Of a stretch of DNA of 64,000 nucleotides, positions 21,059 to 31,654 are shown one piece after another. The position numbers and the translations under genes are program-made. The notes beneath the pieces are model-generated. The model saw nothing but the letters and a program-made list of their open reading frames with translations. It had not been told where the DNA came from and ran no database searches. Source of the stretch: a bacterium. GTDB lineage: Bacteria; UBA8248. Within the stretch, counting starts at the first letter, position 1. Each line of letters begins with the position of its first letter. The stretch is taken from NCBI GenBank assembly GCA_965219955.1, contig OZ244799.1, forward strand, positions 1,280,001 to 1,344,000. Direction: 5' to 3'.

Positions 21059-22747
21059 TTGGAAAACAGAAACCTTTACTTGTTCATCGCCTCCGCCGTC
21101 TTATTGCTGATTGGCATCTCCGGCTGGGCCGGTCATGACCAGTTTTCCGAACCTCCCAGATGGGCTTACGCCACCATCGCCCTGGGGATAGTATGTTTTA
21201 TTTACACGGTGTGGATTTCGCGAAGTGAACTCCAAGGCGGCATGCGGCTCCGCTCAACCCGGACAGGCATACAGGTTGCGCTCATGGTTATCGTGGTGAC
21301 GGCGATATTGGTCGTCGTTGAACTCGTGAGTGTGAAGCACTTCAAGCGTTGGGACGTCACACCGGGAAATTTCTACAGCTTATCCGCGAAAACCATGAAA
21401 CTCTTGAACAAGCTGGATAGAGAAAAAAGGCGGATCGAAATCATTGCCTTTACCCGCAAGCTCGAAGAACCTGCAATAACGGAGATTCTGGACCAATATA
21501 GCCGGGCTTCGAAACAAGTCACTTTCAAGTTTTTGAACCTTGACGCCTCTCCACGCACCGCCAAGAAATATGAAGTAGACGCCTATGGCACATTGGTCGT
21601 GATTTACCATTTCAGCAAAGAAGAAATCGAGAAGCAGAAAAAATCGGAATCCCAGAACAAAGAGAAGAAAAAGACATTCCGATCGGAAAAGATTTTCAAC
21701 CTTTCGGAAAACGCGATCGCCAATGCAATACTGAAAACCATCCAAACCGAGCAGAAGCGCGTGTATTACCTCACGGGCCATGGAGAACGTCTATTCTCGG
21801 GGCAAGGGCGCGAAGCAATGAAGGCTTTGGCCATTGGCATGAGGGATGACAACTACCAGGTCGATGAACTTCTGCTGCTCAGAAAAAAAGGCGTGCCCGA
21901 GAATGCCAGCATGTTGATTATAGCCGCGCCTCAAAAAGAGTTGGAAGAAGTGGAAGTCGAGTATATCGACAACTACATCAAAACCGGCGGGAGACTTCTC
22001 GTTTTCCTGGAGCCTGACATGAAGCCGGGGCGTCTGACGGCGCTCCTGGAGCGATACGGCTTCAAGCTCCCCACGTCTTTCGTCATCGACCCCGAGTCGG
22101 TACGCTTCGAGTTGGCGGGTGGTAATATAATCACGCCGTTCGCCGTCAACTACGGACTGCATGACATCACGAAGCAACTAAAGGGTTTGGCTACGGTATT
22201 TCCCACTGTGAGACACGTATCTGCTACGGGCATGCCGAAAGCGGGATTGCATTCCGAGGATTTGATCAAAACGGGCCCCGGAAGCTTTACCGTAGAGAAC
22301 GTATCGCTCCAGAACGGCCAACTCGCCTTCGATCCGGAAACCAGGAAAGAAGGTCCCGTCCCGGTAGGCGCCGCCGTCACCGTGACTCTCGATCTTTATA
22401 CACTTGCGCAAGGCCAGGGGCCTCAAAGCGAAACGAAAACTTCCACGTCCGAGAAGAAAACCAGCGAGAAAAACGAAGCGAGAATCGTCGTTTTCGGGGA
22501 TGCTGATTTTGCGAGCGACGCTTTCATCGGCGCCCAGGGCAATGCGAATCTCATTTTTAACACCGTGAACTGGCTCGGTGGCGAGAAAGACCTGATCACC
22601 ATCCGTCCCAAGAGCCGAGCGGGCGAACCTCTCGTATTGGCCGGCGGAGAAGGCCGGTTCGTTCATTTGTTCACCGTCTGGGTCATGCCATTGTTCATCA
22701 TCCTTATCGGAGCCGCCGTCTACGTCAGGAGAAGGCAACTGCGGTGA
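21059..22747 (+). CDS. GldG-family ABC auxiliary protein
   Basis: WDVT....YSLS, YYLTGHGE, GGRLLVF, FGDADF, N.NL..N.VNWL; TTG start. Confidence 0.88.
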   Translation: MENRNLYLFIASAVLLLIGISGWAGHDQFSEPPRWAYATIALGIVCFIYTVWISRSELQGGMRLRSTRTGIQVALMVIVVTAILVVVELVSVKHFKRWDVTPGNFYSLSAKTMKLLNKLDREKRRIEIIAFTRKLEEPAITEILDQYSRASKQVTFKFLNLDASPRTAKKYEVDAYGTLVVIYHFSKEEIEKQKKSESQNKEKKKTFRSEKIFNLSENAIANAILKTIQTEQKRVYYLTGHGERLFSGQGREAMKALAIGMRDDNYQVDELLLLRKKGVPENASMLIIAAPQKELEEVEVEYIDNYIKTGGRLLVFLEPDMKPGRLTALLERYGFKLPTSFVIDPESVRFELAGGNIITPFAVNYGLHDITKQLKGLATVFPTVRHVSATGMPKAGLHSEDLIKTGPGSFTVENVSLQNGQLAFDPETRKEGPVPVGAAVTVTLDLYTLAQGQGPQSETKTSTSEKKTSEKNEARIVVFGDADFASDAFIGAQGNANLIFNTVNWLGGEKDLITIRPKSRAGEPLVLAGGEGRFVHLFTVWVMPLFIILIGAAVYVRRRQLR

Positions 22748-24606
22748 ACCCCAAGAAAAATCTCTTATTACTACTCGTTTTAATCGTCATCGGTGGCGCT
22801 TATTACGTCTACGACGTGAAATGGGCCGCCGAGGAACGCGCCGCCGAGGAGCGCAAGGTCAAACTCCTGAAGGGAATTGACGAAAAGGCGCTGATAAGAA
22901 TCGACGTAACAAGAGAAGAGGAACCCTATCAGATTATCCGAACGGAAAAAGGGTGGCGTTTCGTCAAGCCCATCGACGCTGCTGTCGATGCCGATGCGCT
23001 CAAGAAACTCCTCGAAGCCGCGACCAAACTCCGCGAGCGCAGACGCATCGGAAACGTACAAGACAGGTCAGAGTTCGGAATGGACAAGCCCAGGATGAAA
23101 ATCACGTTCGGGCTGAAAGACAAAGACGATATTTCCGTCGAAATCGGGGACAGAACCCCCACGCGCGAGTTCCGATACGCCGCACTGGCGAAGACCCCTG
23201 GAATATTCACCCTCCAGCTTTCAGACATCGGCGAATTCAACAAGACGGTATTCAGCATTCGGGATAGATCGATCGTTCCCGTGATGCCCGAAAGCGCGCA
23301 AAAGGTGATTGTCGAGCCTCAAGACGGCGACGATTTCACCGTCGTCCGCAAGAGCAAAGACGAGTGGGCGCTGGTCAAGCCCATCGAGGACAGGGCCGAT
23401 GCCATAGATTCGGAGGGCATCGTATCTACGCTCAGATGGGACAAGGTGCAAAAATTCGTTGAGGAAAAGCCGAAGAATCTCGCCCCCTATGGCCTGGATA
23501 AGCCAAGACTCACTGTGCGTATTTTCACCGAGGACAAGCAAAAACCCGCAGACGGCGTCATCCTGGGCGACAGAAAAGTAGAGGCGCCCGGGCCGAGGAG
23601 CGGCCAGAAAAAGCCAAAAGCCTATTATTACGCCAGGAGGCTCTCCGGCGGCCCCGTAATGCTCATCAATGAAAAAACGGTCAAGGATCTGCCGAAATCC
23701 GTATTTTCCTTACGGCACAAGACCGTCATCAATTACGATGTCGACCACGTCAAGCGTATCCTGATTGAATCGGACGCTCAAAAACTCGACATCGTCCGAA
23801 AGGCGAAAAAGAAGTGGGATCTCCACGTCACGGCAGGGGACGGGAAGCAGGAAAAACTCACCGGCCGCCACAAGCATGTGGACGACCTCATGTGGGACAT
23901 CAAGTGGATCAACTCGCTGGACTACGTGGATGACCCGGGAGGCGACCTGTCGAAATACGGCCTTGCGCGGGCGGACGGGGAGGGCGCTCCGCTTCGCTAC
24001 ACCATCTGGCTGAAGAAGAAAGAAGATGCGCCCCTGGAAGATAAGTCCTTGATTATCGGGCGCTTCCTCAAGGAGGAGAAAAGGGCGTACGGCCGGATCG
24101 AGGGGGAAAAACGCCTGTTCGCCCTCAAGAAAGAAGATTATGACAAGATTACGAAGACGCCCTATTTCCTGAGCGAGCGGCGCATGCTCCTGTACGCGAA
24201 AGACAATGAAATCACTGAAGTTACGGCGCGCTTCCCGGATCAATCCTTCATGAAGCTCGAGCGCTTCGGCGAAGCCTGGCGCTTCGTCTCCCCCGAGGGG
24301 ATGGAGGCGGAGTCCGGCAACGTGGAAGACCTCATCGGCGCCCTCAGGGATTTCGAGCGGGAAGGGGAGGCGAAACCCGGCGAAGCGCCTGATTTCAAAG
24401 ACTTTATCGTCGAGCTCTCGGGGAAGGACATCCGCCACGGGAAGTGGGGCCCATATCGCTTCGCGGAGAAGGAGGGCTCGGCGTTCTTCTATGTGCGCGA
24501 AGGCGGGAAGGTTTACCGCATTAACAGGAAATGGAATGAGGATAAGCTGCCCAAGTCATTGAAAGACTGGGAGAAAGAGAAACAATCCGAAGAGGGGACC
24601 TCATAG
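22744..24606 (+). CDS. DUF4340-repeat protein
   Basis: N-terminal anchor; repeated W..KP...AD and YGL.KP units; usual fourth gene of GldAFG operons. Confidence 0.8.
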   Translation: MNPKKNLLLLLVLIVIGGAYYVYDVKWAAEERAAEERKVKLLKGIDEKALIRIDVTREEEPYQIIRTEKGWRFVKPIDAAVDADALKKLLEAATKLRERRRIGNVQDRSEFGMDKPRMKITFGLKDKDDISVEIGDRTPTREFRYAALAKTPGIFTLQLSDIGEFNKTVFSIRDRSIVPVMPESAQKVIVEPQDGDDFTVVRKSKDEWALVKPIEDRADAIDSEGIVSTLRWDKVQKFVEEKPKNLAPYGLDKPRLTVRIFTEDKQKPADGVILGDRKVEAPGPRSGQKKPKAYYYARRLSGGPVMLINEKTVKDLPKSVFSLRHKTVINYDVDHVKRILIESDAQKLDIVRKAKKKWDLHVTAGDGKQEKLTGRHKHVDDLMWDIKWINSLDYVDDPGGDLSKYGLARADGEGAPLRYTIWLKKKEDAPLEDKSLIIGRFLKEEKRAYGRIEGEKRLFALKKEDYDKITKTPYFLSERRMLLYAKDNEITEVTARFPDQSFMKLERFGEAWRFVSPEGMEAESGNVEDLIGALRDFEREGEAKPGEAPDFKDFIVELSGKDIRHGKWGPYRFAEKEGSAFFYVREGGKVYRINRKWNEDKLPKSLKDWEKEKQSEEGTS

Positions 24607-25056
24607 GATTCACCCTCCCGCCGGCCGCCCCGACTCGAAAATCCCCGCCGAACGCATTTCCCACCCGATTCCCACGAAAAAAATCATTGTGTCTCTATGT
24701 ATCAATCAGTTATGAGGCATATCTCGAATCGTGTTTAACTAATGATTCCGGCCGATTTTGCGGGCGCAATTCCCCGCATTTGCCGTCGCGCGCGCACCTG
24801 CCGGGGCGTGATATCCTCACGGTGCTCTTGCGAGAGGGGGATTTTCACCTCCGCATTTCCCTGCAGCGCGCCCCGCATTTCCCATCGAAAATTTGCCGGT
24901 TATTTATCGAAAAACCCCGTGAATTTATCTGATTTTATCGAAATTTACGGAAATTCCCTCGACTCCGGGCGAGCCGATCGGCTCCGCCATCATACCGAAA
25001 TCCCCTCGTGGGCGAGTCCCGCAAATACGGGCAAATGCGTCCGGAACCCTCGCTCT

Positions 25057-25596
25057 CGGGTTGTTGAAAAAGCCGGTTGCGGCGGCTCCGCAGAAGCCTT
25101 GGCACCCTCATACCGAGCAGGCGCGACCGCGCCGTATCGAAGGTTTGACCCGACCGAAGAGGGATGGCTAAAAGGCGCGACTTACCCCGCAGGTGCGAAC
25201 TTCACCCTTCGATACGCCGCCCTTCGACAAGCTCAGGACAGGCTCTTCGGCGGCTACTCAGGATGAGGGAAGTGGAGGGCGGAGCCTGTCCCGAGCGAAG
25301 TCGAGAGGTCGCTACCCAGGGTGAGGCGGAGCGCCGGGCCGCGCGGAACGGGGAGGGAAGGTTCACGGTCGAACCAGGCCGCCGCCCGGTGAAAAGTCAA
25401 AATGGATTCCGGCTTTCGCCGGAATGACGGCTTCGTGGCGAAGCGCATCAGCCGTCTCCGTAGGGATAGGCCCCCGTGCCTGTCCGTAGCTCTCGCGCCC
25501 TTCCTGTATTCGGGATGAATGCGCCGACGGGCGGCCACAGAAGGCCGCCTCTACGGTTGCTATTCGGGGGGCGCGCGGGACTTTTTCAACACCCCC
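25057..25596. repeat. Composite palindromic-repeat cassette 1
   Basis: GGGTTGTTGAAAAAGCC left end; CTCAT..GAG/CCTTCGATACG pair (25105-25327); CGTC-type REP 25403-25429; GTAG doublet 25460-25554; TTTTTCAACACCC right end. Confidence 0.85.
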
Positions 25597-25600
25597 TCAA

Positions 25601-25827
25601 GGGTCTGTTGAAAAAGCCTTGATGAACGAGGGATGACGAATTATGGCCGCGCTCGCCGCGGATGAAAATTTCAACCGTAGGGGCGTCGAACTTCCCGAAG
25701 AGGGAAGTTCGACTGTGCCCGCCCGTATCGGGAATGTCCATGCCCGTAAGAAACCTCGGACAGGCACGGAGGCCTGTCCCTACGGCGAACAATCTCGAAG
25801 GTCGGGCAGGGGTTTTTCAACAGCCCC
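25601..25827. mobile_element. MITE-like element copy 1 (227 bp)
   Basis: TIRs GGGTCTGTTGAAAAAGCC / GGTTTTTCAACAGCCCC; 5-bp direct repeat CTCAA at 25596-25600 and 25828-25832; near-identical to 28345-28565. Confidence 0.8.
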
Positions 25828-25905
25828 CTCAAGGAGGGCAGGGGGTTGGTTTTCGAGGCGCAGGCACCCCGCCGTCAACGCATCAGGCGATGCGCCCAGG
25901 ACGAA

Positions 25906-27306
25906 TCAAAACGACTCGAAATCGGGCGACTCCCGCCAGCCGCCGCTTTCCTCCTCCAGGGCGTGGGCGATTCCGTAGAGCGCGGCCTCGCTGAAATTCG
26001 GCCCGACGAGCTGGACCGCCAGCGGCAGTCCGTCTCCCGAAAACCCCCGGGGCAGGGATATCGCGGGCGCGCCCAGGGTGTTGACCCAGCGCGTGAAGCG
26101 CGTGAGCGAGGCGACGAGCCCCTCGGCTTCTGCGCGCGCCTGCGCGTGAGAGGGCGCGGGGGCGGGCGTCGTCGGCCCGGCCAGAACGTCCACGGCGGAG
26201 AACACCTCGCGTGCGTAGTGACGAATCAGTTCCTCGCGCCTCGCGAGCGCAGCGCGGTATTGGGCCCCGCGAATCCCGCGCCCGGCTTCCAGGCGCGCCA
26301 GGATTTCCGGCGTCACCTGATCCTCGTATCTCTCCAGACGCTCGCCGTGTATCATCAGCGCCTCGTACTTGAAGATCGTGTTGGCGAGTTCTTCGAGCTC
26401 TTCGGTATGGGGAGGCGGCATCGGGACGAGGCGCGCGCCCAGGCGCTCAAGCGTCTCGCATGCTTCCCCGTAAGCCGCTCCCATCTCCCCGGAAACGCCG
26501 CTCAACTCCGCGTCTTCCAAAACGCCCACGCGAGCGCCCTGGATGCTCTCGCCGAGCGCTTGGGTGTAATCGGGCACGGGCCGCGTGCTCGCGCTCGCAT
26601 CCAAGGAGTCCGCGCCCGCAATGGCGGAGAGCACCAGCGCGTTGTCCGCCACCGTTCGCGTGAGCGGGCCGAAGGTGTCGAGCGTCCAGGAGAGCGGCAT
26701 CCCCCCGTGCCGGCTCACGCGGCCGTTCGTGGGCTTCAGGCCGACGACGCCGCAAAACGCCGCCGGCAGGCGGATGGAGCCGCCCGTATCCGTGCCGACA
26801 GCGGCCAGCGCCATCCCCCCGGCCACCGCGCATCCCGACCCGCTGCTCGAACCGCCCGTAACGTGACCCTGCTTCCAGGGGTTCTGCGGGTCGCCGAAAT
26901 GCTTGTTGCGCCCCGTCGGCCCCATGGCGAGTTCCGCCATGTTGAGTTTCCCCATGTTGACGGCGCCGGCCTCTTCGAGGCGCTTCCAGATGGTCGACAC
27001 CGCATCGGGGGGCGGGTCGTCCTCGAACATCACGCTGCCGCAAGTGGTGGGGGTTCCCGGAATATGGCAGAGGTCCTTGTAGGCCACCGGAACCCCGTCG
27101 AGCGGGCCGATTTCATCGCCGAAGCGGAACCTCCGCTCTGATTCGCGCGCCGCCCTGCGCATCTCTCTTTCGCTGACGTGCAGATAGGCCCGAAGCTTGA
27201 GATTCCACTTTTTGATGAGGGCGAGGGCGTCGTCGGCAATTTCGACGGGTGAGACTTCACCGGCGCGGTAGGCGTCCCGCAGCGCCGTTATCGTCCAATC
27301 GCTCAT
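25906..27306 (-). CDS. Amidase signature family protein
   Basis: GVPVAYKD, GGSSSGSG, GTDTGGSIR catalytic Lys-Ser-Ser triad. Confidence 0.93.
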   Translation of the reverse strand: MSDWTITALRDAYRAGEVSPVEIADDALALIKKWNLKLRAYLHVSEREMRRAARESERRFRFGDEIGPLDGVPVAYKDLCHIPGTPTTCGSVMFEDDPPPDAVSTIWKRLEEAGAVNMGKLNMAELAMGPTGRNKHFGDPQNPWKQGHVTGGSSSGSGCAVAGGMALAAVGTDTGGSIRLPAAFCGVVGLKPTNGRVSRHGGMPLSWTLDTFGPLTRTVADNALVLSAIAGADSLDASASTRPVPDYTQALGESIQGARVGVLEDAELSGVSGEMGAAYGEACETLERLGARLVPMPPPHTEELEELANTIFKYEALMIHGERLERYEDQVTPEILARLEAGRGIRGAQYRAALARREELIRHYAREVFSAVDVLAGPTTPAPAPSHAQARAEAEGLVASLTRFTRWVNTLGAPAISLPRGFSGDGLPLAVQLVGPNFSEAALYGIAHALEEESGGWRESPDFESF

Positions 27307-27340
27307 GGGCGGATTTTGCGGAAGGGAGAGACCGGACCTG

Positions 27341-27895
27341 TCATCCGCTTCCCGGGTAGCCCGGCGCCTGAAGGACGCGCGTCATCTGGTCCTGATGGAG
27401 ATAATCGTGCGTGCCGGAATAGACGATGCGGTCGTAAATGTTGAGGTCGCCGTAGCGGAAATGCTCATGCATATAGCGGCTCATGTCGGTGCTCCGGTAA
27501 GGGAGCATCATTTGATGAACCGCCTCCCTGTTGGGGGTGAGCCTGGCGATCATTTCGCGGAAATCGCCTTCGCCTTTGGGGATGAGAAAATCGGGCGCCG
27601 GCACCCGGCCCTGCTCCCTGCGCCTGAGCGCCTCGCGGCTCATCTTCTCGGGATTCTCGGGCGCCGTATCCCAGGACCCGGATTCCTCCGCCTCCGCGAG
27701 CCTCTTCTCGAGGAAGCGCGCGTAATACGCGTCCGTCAAGAGGATGTGCTCGAGATTCTGGTGCAGGGACCATTCGCCGTCGGGAGGCAGCCAGTGAACG
27801 TGGGAGGTGTCGACCCCCTCCAGAAAGGCGATCAGGTTTTTTCTGTCCTTGAAAGCCGAGGCGAAAGCCTCATCGAACATCTCTTCCGGCGTCAT
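27341..27895 (-). CDS. DinB family protein
   Basis: WS..QNLEHI and H...H..Q motifs; start trimmed to ATG 27895 after GAAGGA. Confidence 0.78.
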   Translation of the reverse strand: MTPEEMFDEAFASAFKDRKNLIAFLEGVDTSHVHWLPPDGEWSLHQNLEHILLTDAYYARFLEKRLAEAEESGSWDTAPENPEKMSREALRRREQGRVPAPDFLIPKGEGDFREMIARLTPNREAVHQMMLPYRSTDMSRYMHEHFRYGDLNIYDRIVYSGTHDYLHQDQMTRVLQAPGYPGSG

Positions 27896-28097
27896 TTTAT
27901 CGTCCTTCTCGTTGCGGCGGGCGAGGGATTTGCGTCTCTTCGAACTCTCCCGCTGTGATGTCTGTAAGAAACCAAAATACAATATGTCGTGAGTTTACGC
28001 CATGACTGCGGGGCCGCGGGGTCTCGGGCTGCTTCACCAAATGGATAATTACGAATCTGCGGGGTTGTCGGGAGATCCCGATGAAGGCGGGTTTGAT

Positions 28098-28780
28098 CGT
28101 CATTCCGGCTCAAGGCCGGAATAACGGCAATGGGATTCCGCCTTGGCGAAGGGAGTGTAGGGGCCGCATATATGCGGCCCGTCGTTGGAAGGCAAAAAGG
28201 CCGGGTCGCATATATGCGACCCCTACACACAAGAGATCCGCCCGATGAAGGCTTTTTCAACAGTCCCTTGTCAGGGGGGTGCAAAAAGGCGATTCGCCTC
28301 CGCTTGGTTGAGGGGGGGGGTGCTTTTTCTTGCCCCCCTGACAAGGGACTGTTGAAAAAGCCTTGATGAACGAGGGAAATTATGGCCGCGCTCGCCGCAG
28401 ATGAAAAATCCAACTGTAGGGGCGTCGAACTTCCCGAAGAGGGAAGTTCGACTGTGCCCGCCCGTATCGGGAATGTCCATGCCCGTAAGAGGCCTTGGAC
28501 AGGCACGGAGGCCTGTCCCTACGGCGAACAATCTCGAAGGTCGGATAGGGTTTTTCAACAAGCCTGACAAGGGGGGTAGGGGGGGTTGCCTTTCAGGGGG
28601 AGCATCCTTCGATACGCCGCCTTCGGCGGCTACTCAGGATGAGGAAAGTGGGGGGCGGAGCCTGTCCCGAGCGAAGGCGAGGGGCCGCTACTCAGGATGA
28701 GGCGGAGAAAGACTTTTTCAACAAACCTTCAAGGGGGGCAGGGGGGATGCTCCTTTGAGGAGGGCTTTCTCAACAACCCC
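28098..28780. repeat. Composite palindromic-repeat cassette 2
   Basis: CGTC REP variant 28098; GTAGGGGCCGCATATATGCGGCCC doublet 28157-28226; 32-bp perfect IR 28248-28364; CCTTCGATACG unit 28607-28702; several TIR-like ends. Confidence 0.85.
28345..28565. mobile_element. MITE-like element copy 2 (221 bp)
   Basis: TIRs GGGACTGTTGAAAAAGCC / GGTTTTTCAACAAGCCT; 5-bp direct repeat GACAA at 28340-28344 and 28566-28570; the empty site matches the intact repeat at 48526-48549. Confidence 0.8.
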
Positions 28781-28792
28781 TTGCGGCGGGTT

Positions 28793-29701
28793 TCAGGAGC
28801 CCCGCCCTGCGCCGGGAGAGCGTACCTCGATGTCCAGCCACTCTTCCCAGAGCTTGATGAGCGAGGCGTATTCTTCGGCCCCGTATCCTCGCTGAATCGC
28901 CATTTCATAGACGTGGTGTGTCGCGCTGGCGATGAAGGTGGGAACGCGGAGTTCGCGGGCCAGTTCGAGGCACAGGTCGGAGTCTTTCGTCGCGAGGTCG
29001 GTCGTCATCCCGGGCGTGAACTCCCCCGGCAGGATGTGCTTTCTGAGCCTGTCCTCCACCTGGCGGCTGCGGCCCGAACTGACGGAGATGACGTCGCAGA
29101 GTAAATCGGGGTCGGCGCCCGCCGCGACGCCCAGCGCCATGGCCTCGGTCAGCGCCGCGAGGTTCACGTGCGAGAGCATGTTGTTCACGACCTTGAACAA
29201 CATGCCCATGCCCGATGCGCCGCAGTGGAAAACGTTTTTTCCGAAATGCGAGAGAAGGGGCCTGAGCCTCTCGAAACCCGCCTCGCCGCCGCCCACCATC
29301 AGCGTGAGGGTGCCCGCCCTGGCCCCCTGCACGCCGCCGCTCACGGCGGCGTCCATCAACTCGGCCCCTTGCGCTTCCACCATGGGGGCCAGTTCCTTGA
29401 TGAGGGAAGGGGAGACGGTGCTCGTCTCCGCCAGGAGCGCGCCGTCTCGCGCGCCCGCCAGAATTCCCTCTTCACCCAGAATCACCTCGCGCGATATGTT
29501 CGGATGCGGCAGGGACGTGAAAACGATCTCCGAGCGGGAAGCGACGTCCGCCGGGCTGCGTCCTGTGCGCGCGCCCTTGTTCCCGGCCTCCAGCGTGGCT
29601 TCCTCCCGGACGTCGTACGCGGTCACCTCATGACCGGCGCGAATGAGATGGGCGCAAATCTCGCTTCCCATCCGGCCCAGGCCGATAAAACCAAGCTCCA
29701 C
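28793..29701 (-). CDS. NAD(P)-dependent beta-hydroxyacid dehydrogenase (3-hydroxyisobutyrate dehydrogenase family)
   Basis: GFIGLGRMG, DAAVSGG, KVVNN, KD; GTG start with GGAGG RBS. Confidence 0.92.
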   Translation of the reverse strand: MELGFIGLGRMGSEICAHLIRAGHEVTAYDVREEATLEAGNKGARTGRSPADVASRSEIVFTSLPHPNISREVILGEEGILAGARDGALLAETSTVSPSLIKELAPMVEAQGAELMDAAVSGGVQGARAGTLTLMVGGGEAGFERLRPLLSHFGKNVFHCGASGMGMLFKVVNNMLSHVNLAALTEAMALGVAAGADPDLLCDVISVSSGRSRQVEDRLRKHILPGEFTPGMTTDLATKDSDLCLELARELRVPTFIASATHHVYEMAIQRGYGAEEYASLIKLWEEWLDIEVRSPGAGRGS

Positions 29702-29752
29702 CGTTCGCCTCCTCGCCGGATGCGCTATCCGCTCATCGATAATGAATAAAAA

Positions 29753-29829
<77 letters not shown>

Positions 29830-29950
29830 ACCGAAAGAAATGTCCCGCGCAAAAGTTCCGGGCGCGACAGGGCAGGTGGGCCGAACCGCGCCGGGTTTTC
29901 GGCGAAAGAAATATCACAGGCTATTTAGTAAGGCTTAAGCGTGGTGCGCG

Positions 29951-30634
29951 TCAAGGGCTTCGCGTTATCGAGGCCGGGGAAATGAATTTGTCCCGGTAAC
30001 GGCGTTTTGAAGGAGCGGGGGAAATTCCGGGAAGGGGGAGGGGGGAGAAGAGGCTGGGAATACGGTCGCCTCTGTATAGCGTGGCGACCCGGTGGCCTCC
30101 CGTTTTCGAAACCGTCGTGCGCGTCATCTCGCGCAGCGCGACGGCCTGGCCGCCGACGAGCAGGCGCATTCGTCCCTTCTTGAGTATCACGGTGGTGAAG
30201 TGCCTGTAGGCTTTCACGGCGAATTCCACTCCCTTGCCGCGCAGCATTCCCGCAGGCGTTGTCACGCTCAGGCTCAGCCCGCAGGAAGCTTCATGGCACC
30301 TCACCGTGCCCCTGATCAGCTTCGCCGAATACGTGCCGCCCCGCTTCATGCCCACCAATTTGAAGGAAGTGTTCGGCTCCAGCACGAGCCGGCAACCCGG
30401 GCGTCGCCGGAAATGAATGAGCGCCCGCGAACTCGCGCTCGTGACGATGTGATCGCCCGGGAGCATCGCACGCCTGCCCCTCAGGTAAACTTTTTTTCCG
30501 CGCGGGAATACGATGTGGGGGAAGCCGGATATCGCTCTCATTTCGACGAGGACTTTGTTTTCCGCGACAGCGGAAGAGATCATGCACAGGGGAAACAGAT
30601 GCACCCCAAGAATCAGGATCTTGAGTCTGGTCAT
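29951..30634 (-). CDS. Exported FecR-domain protein
   Basis: Signal peptide; GD.I.T...SRA.I.F, L.L.PNT, V.TP.G....KG.EF.V pattern. Confidence 0.7.
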   Translation of the reverse strand: MTRLKILILGVHLFPLCMISSAVAENKVLVEMRAISGFPHIVFPRGKKVYLRGRRAMLPGDHIVTSASSRALIHFRRRPGCRLVLEPNTSFKLVGMKRGGTYSAKLIRGTVRCHEASCGLSLSVTTPAGMLRGKGVEFAVKAYRHFTTVILKKGRMRLLVGGQAVALREMTRTTVSKTGGHRVATLYRGDRIPSLFSPLPLPGISPAPSKRRYRDKFISPASITRSP

Positions 30635-30754
30635 GTCATTCCCGTGGAGTAGCGGCTAAGCGTCAGACCTCACAGAATTTTGTAAAGGATTTTTCTGGCT
30701 TTTGCAAGTTGGCTAACTAACGGAAAAGAAACCACATCCCGATGTTCGGGCTAT

Positions 30755-31175
30755 GGGGGTTGTTGAAAAACCCCATCTAGGAGGAAGTGACGCCTGCGTC
30801 TCTGCCCGGTTTCGGGTTTTGGCCGTCATTCCGGCGAAAGCCGGAATCCATTTTTACGCTTTTCGTTTCTTCGTTCGGATGTCTTTAACCGCGAGCGGGG
30901 AGGATCGGAATCGAACACAAAAAAGAAAGGCGAATTCTCTGGATTCCGCATCCGGATGCCGCGCAACAACAAGGTCGACGCCGCCCCGCCTGGAGAAAAG
31001 TCAAAATGGATTCCGGCTTTCGCCGGAATGACGAACGAAAACTTCCCGGCCAACGGGAAATTGCCGTGTAGGGGTCGCATACATGCGACCCACCCCGTGG
31101 ACACAAAACCAGGGCCGCATATATGCGGCCCCTACAAAACTGCGAACCCTCTCCTCGGGATTTTTCAACCACCCC
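30755..31175. repeat. Composite palindromic-repeat cassette 3
   Basis: TIR-like ends GGGGTTGTTGAAAAACCC / GGATTTTTCAACCACCCC enclosing a CGTC doublet (30824-31033) and a GTAG doublet (31068-31135). Confidence 0.85.
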
Positions 31176-31654
31176 TAAATAAGCGGATCCCGGCGCGTCG
31201 TGATGACGCCGGTCCTCATGCCCGCCGTATGCAAACCGCCCCTCAGGCGGCCGTGCTCGATCTTCATGCACCTGTCCATGACGACGAGCAGGCCCGCCGC
31301 CTCCGCGCGGGCGGCCTCGGCCTCGTTCACCACTTCGAATTGCAGCCACAGCGATTTCGCGCCGACCTCAATCGCCTCGTCGACCACTTCCGATATTTCA
31401 TCCGGCCTGCGGAACACGTCCACCACGTCGGGCGGGTCGGGTATCGATGAGACGTCGGGGTAGGATTTCCGGTCCAGTATCCGCTCGTATCTCGGGTTCA
31501 CCGGGATGACCTCGTAACCCATTCTTTGCAGGTAATACCCGACGAAATAGCTGGGTCTCGATTCGTTCGCCGAGAGCCCCACCATCGCCACGCGGCGGTG
31601 ATTCCGCAGGATGCGGCGAATCGTGCGCGGGTTCTGGTATGCGGGATATTTCAT
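31175..31654 (-). CDS. CoA-binding protein (YccU-like)
   Basis: VAMVGLS....RPS, IPVNP, DVVDVFR, LWLQ, VVMDRC.KIEH; TGATG coupling to upstream gene. Confidence 0.9.
   Translation of the reverse strand: MKYPAYQNPRTIRRILRNHRRVAMVGLSANESRPSYFVGYYLQRMGYEVIPVNPRYERILDRKSYPDVSSIPDPPDVVDVFRRPDEISEVVDEAIEVGAKSLWLQFEVVNEAEAARAEAAGLLVVMDRCMKIEHGRLRGGLHTAGMRTGVITTRRDPLI

Noticed and set aside
24687-25994. ORFs inside repeat cassettes (also 27892-28506, 30753-31450, 35296-36092, 41360-42368, 48438-49031)
   Set aside because: They are translations of palindromes (FRRKPES, WIPAFAGMT, VGTGLRACP) with no RBS or domain signal.
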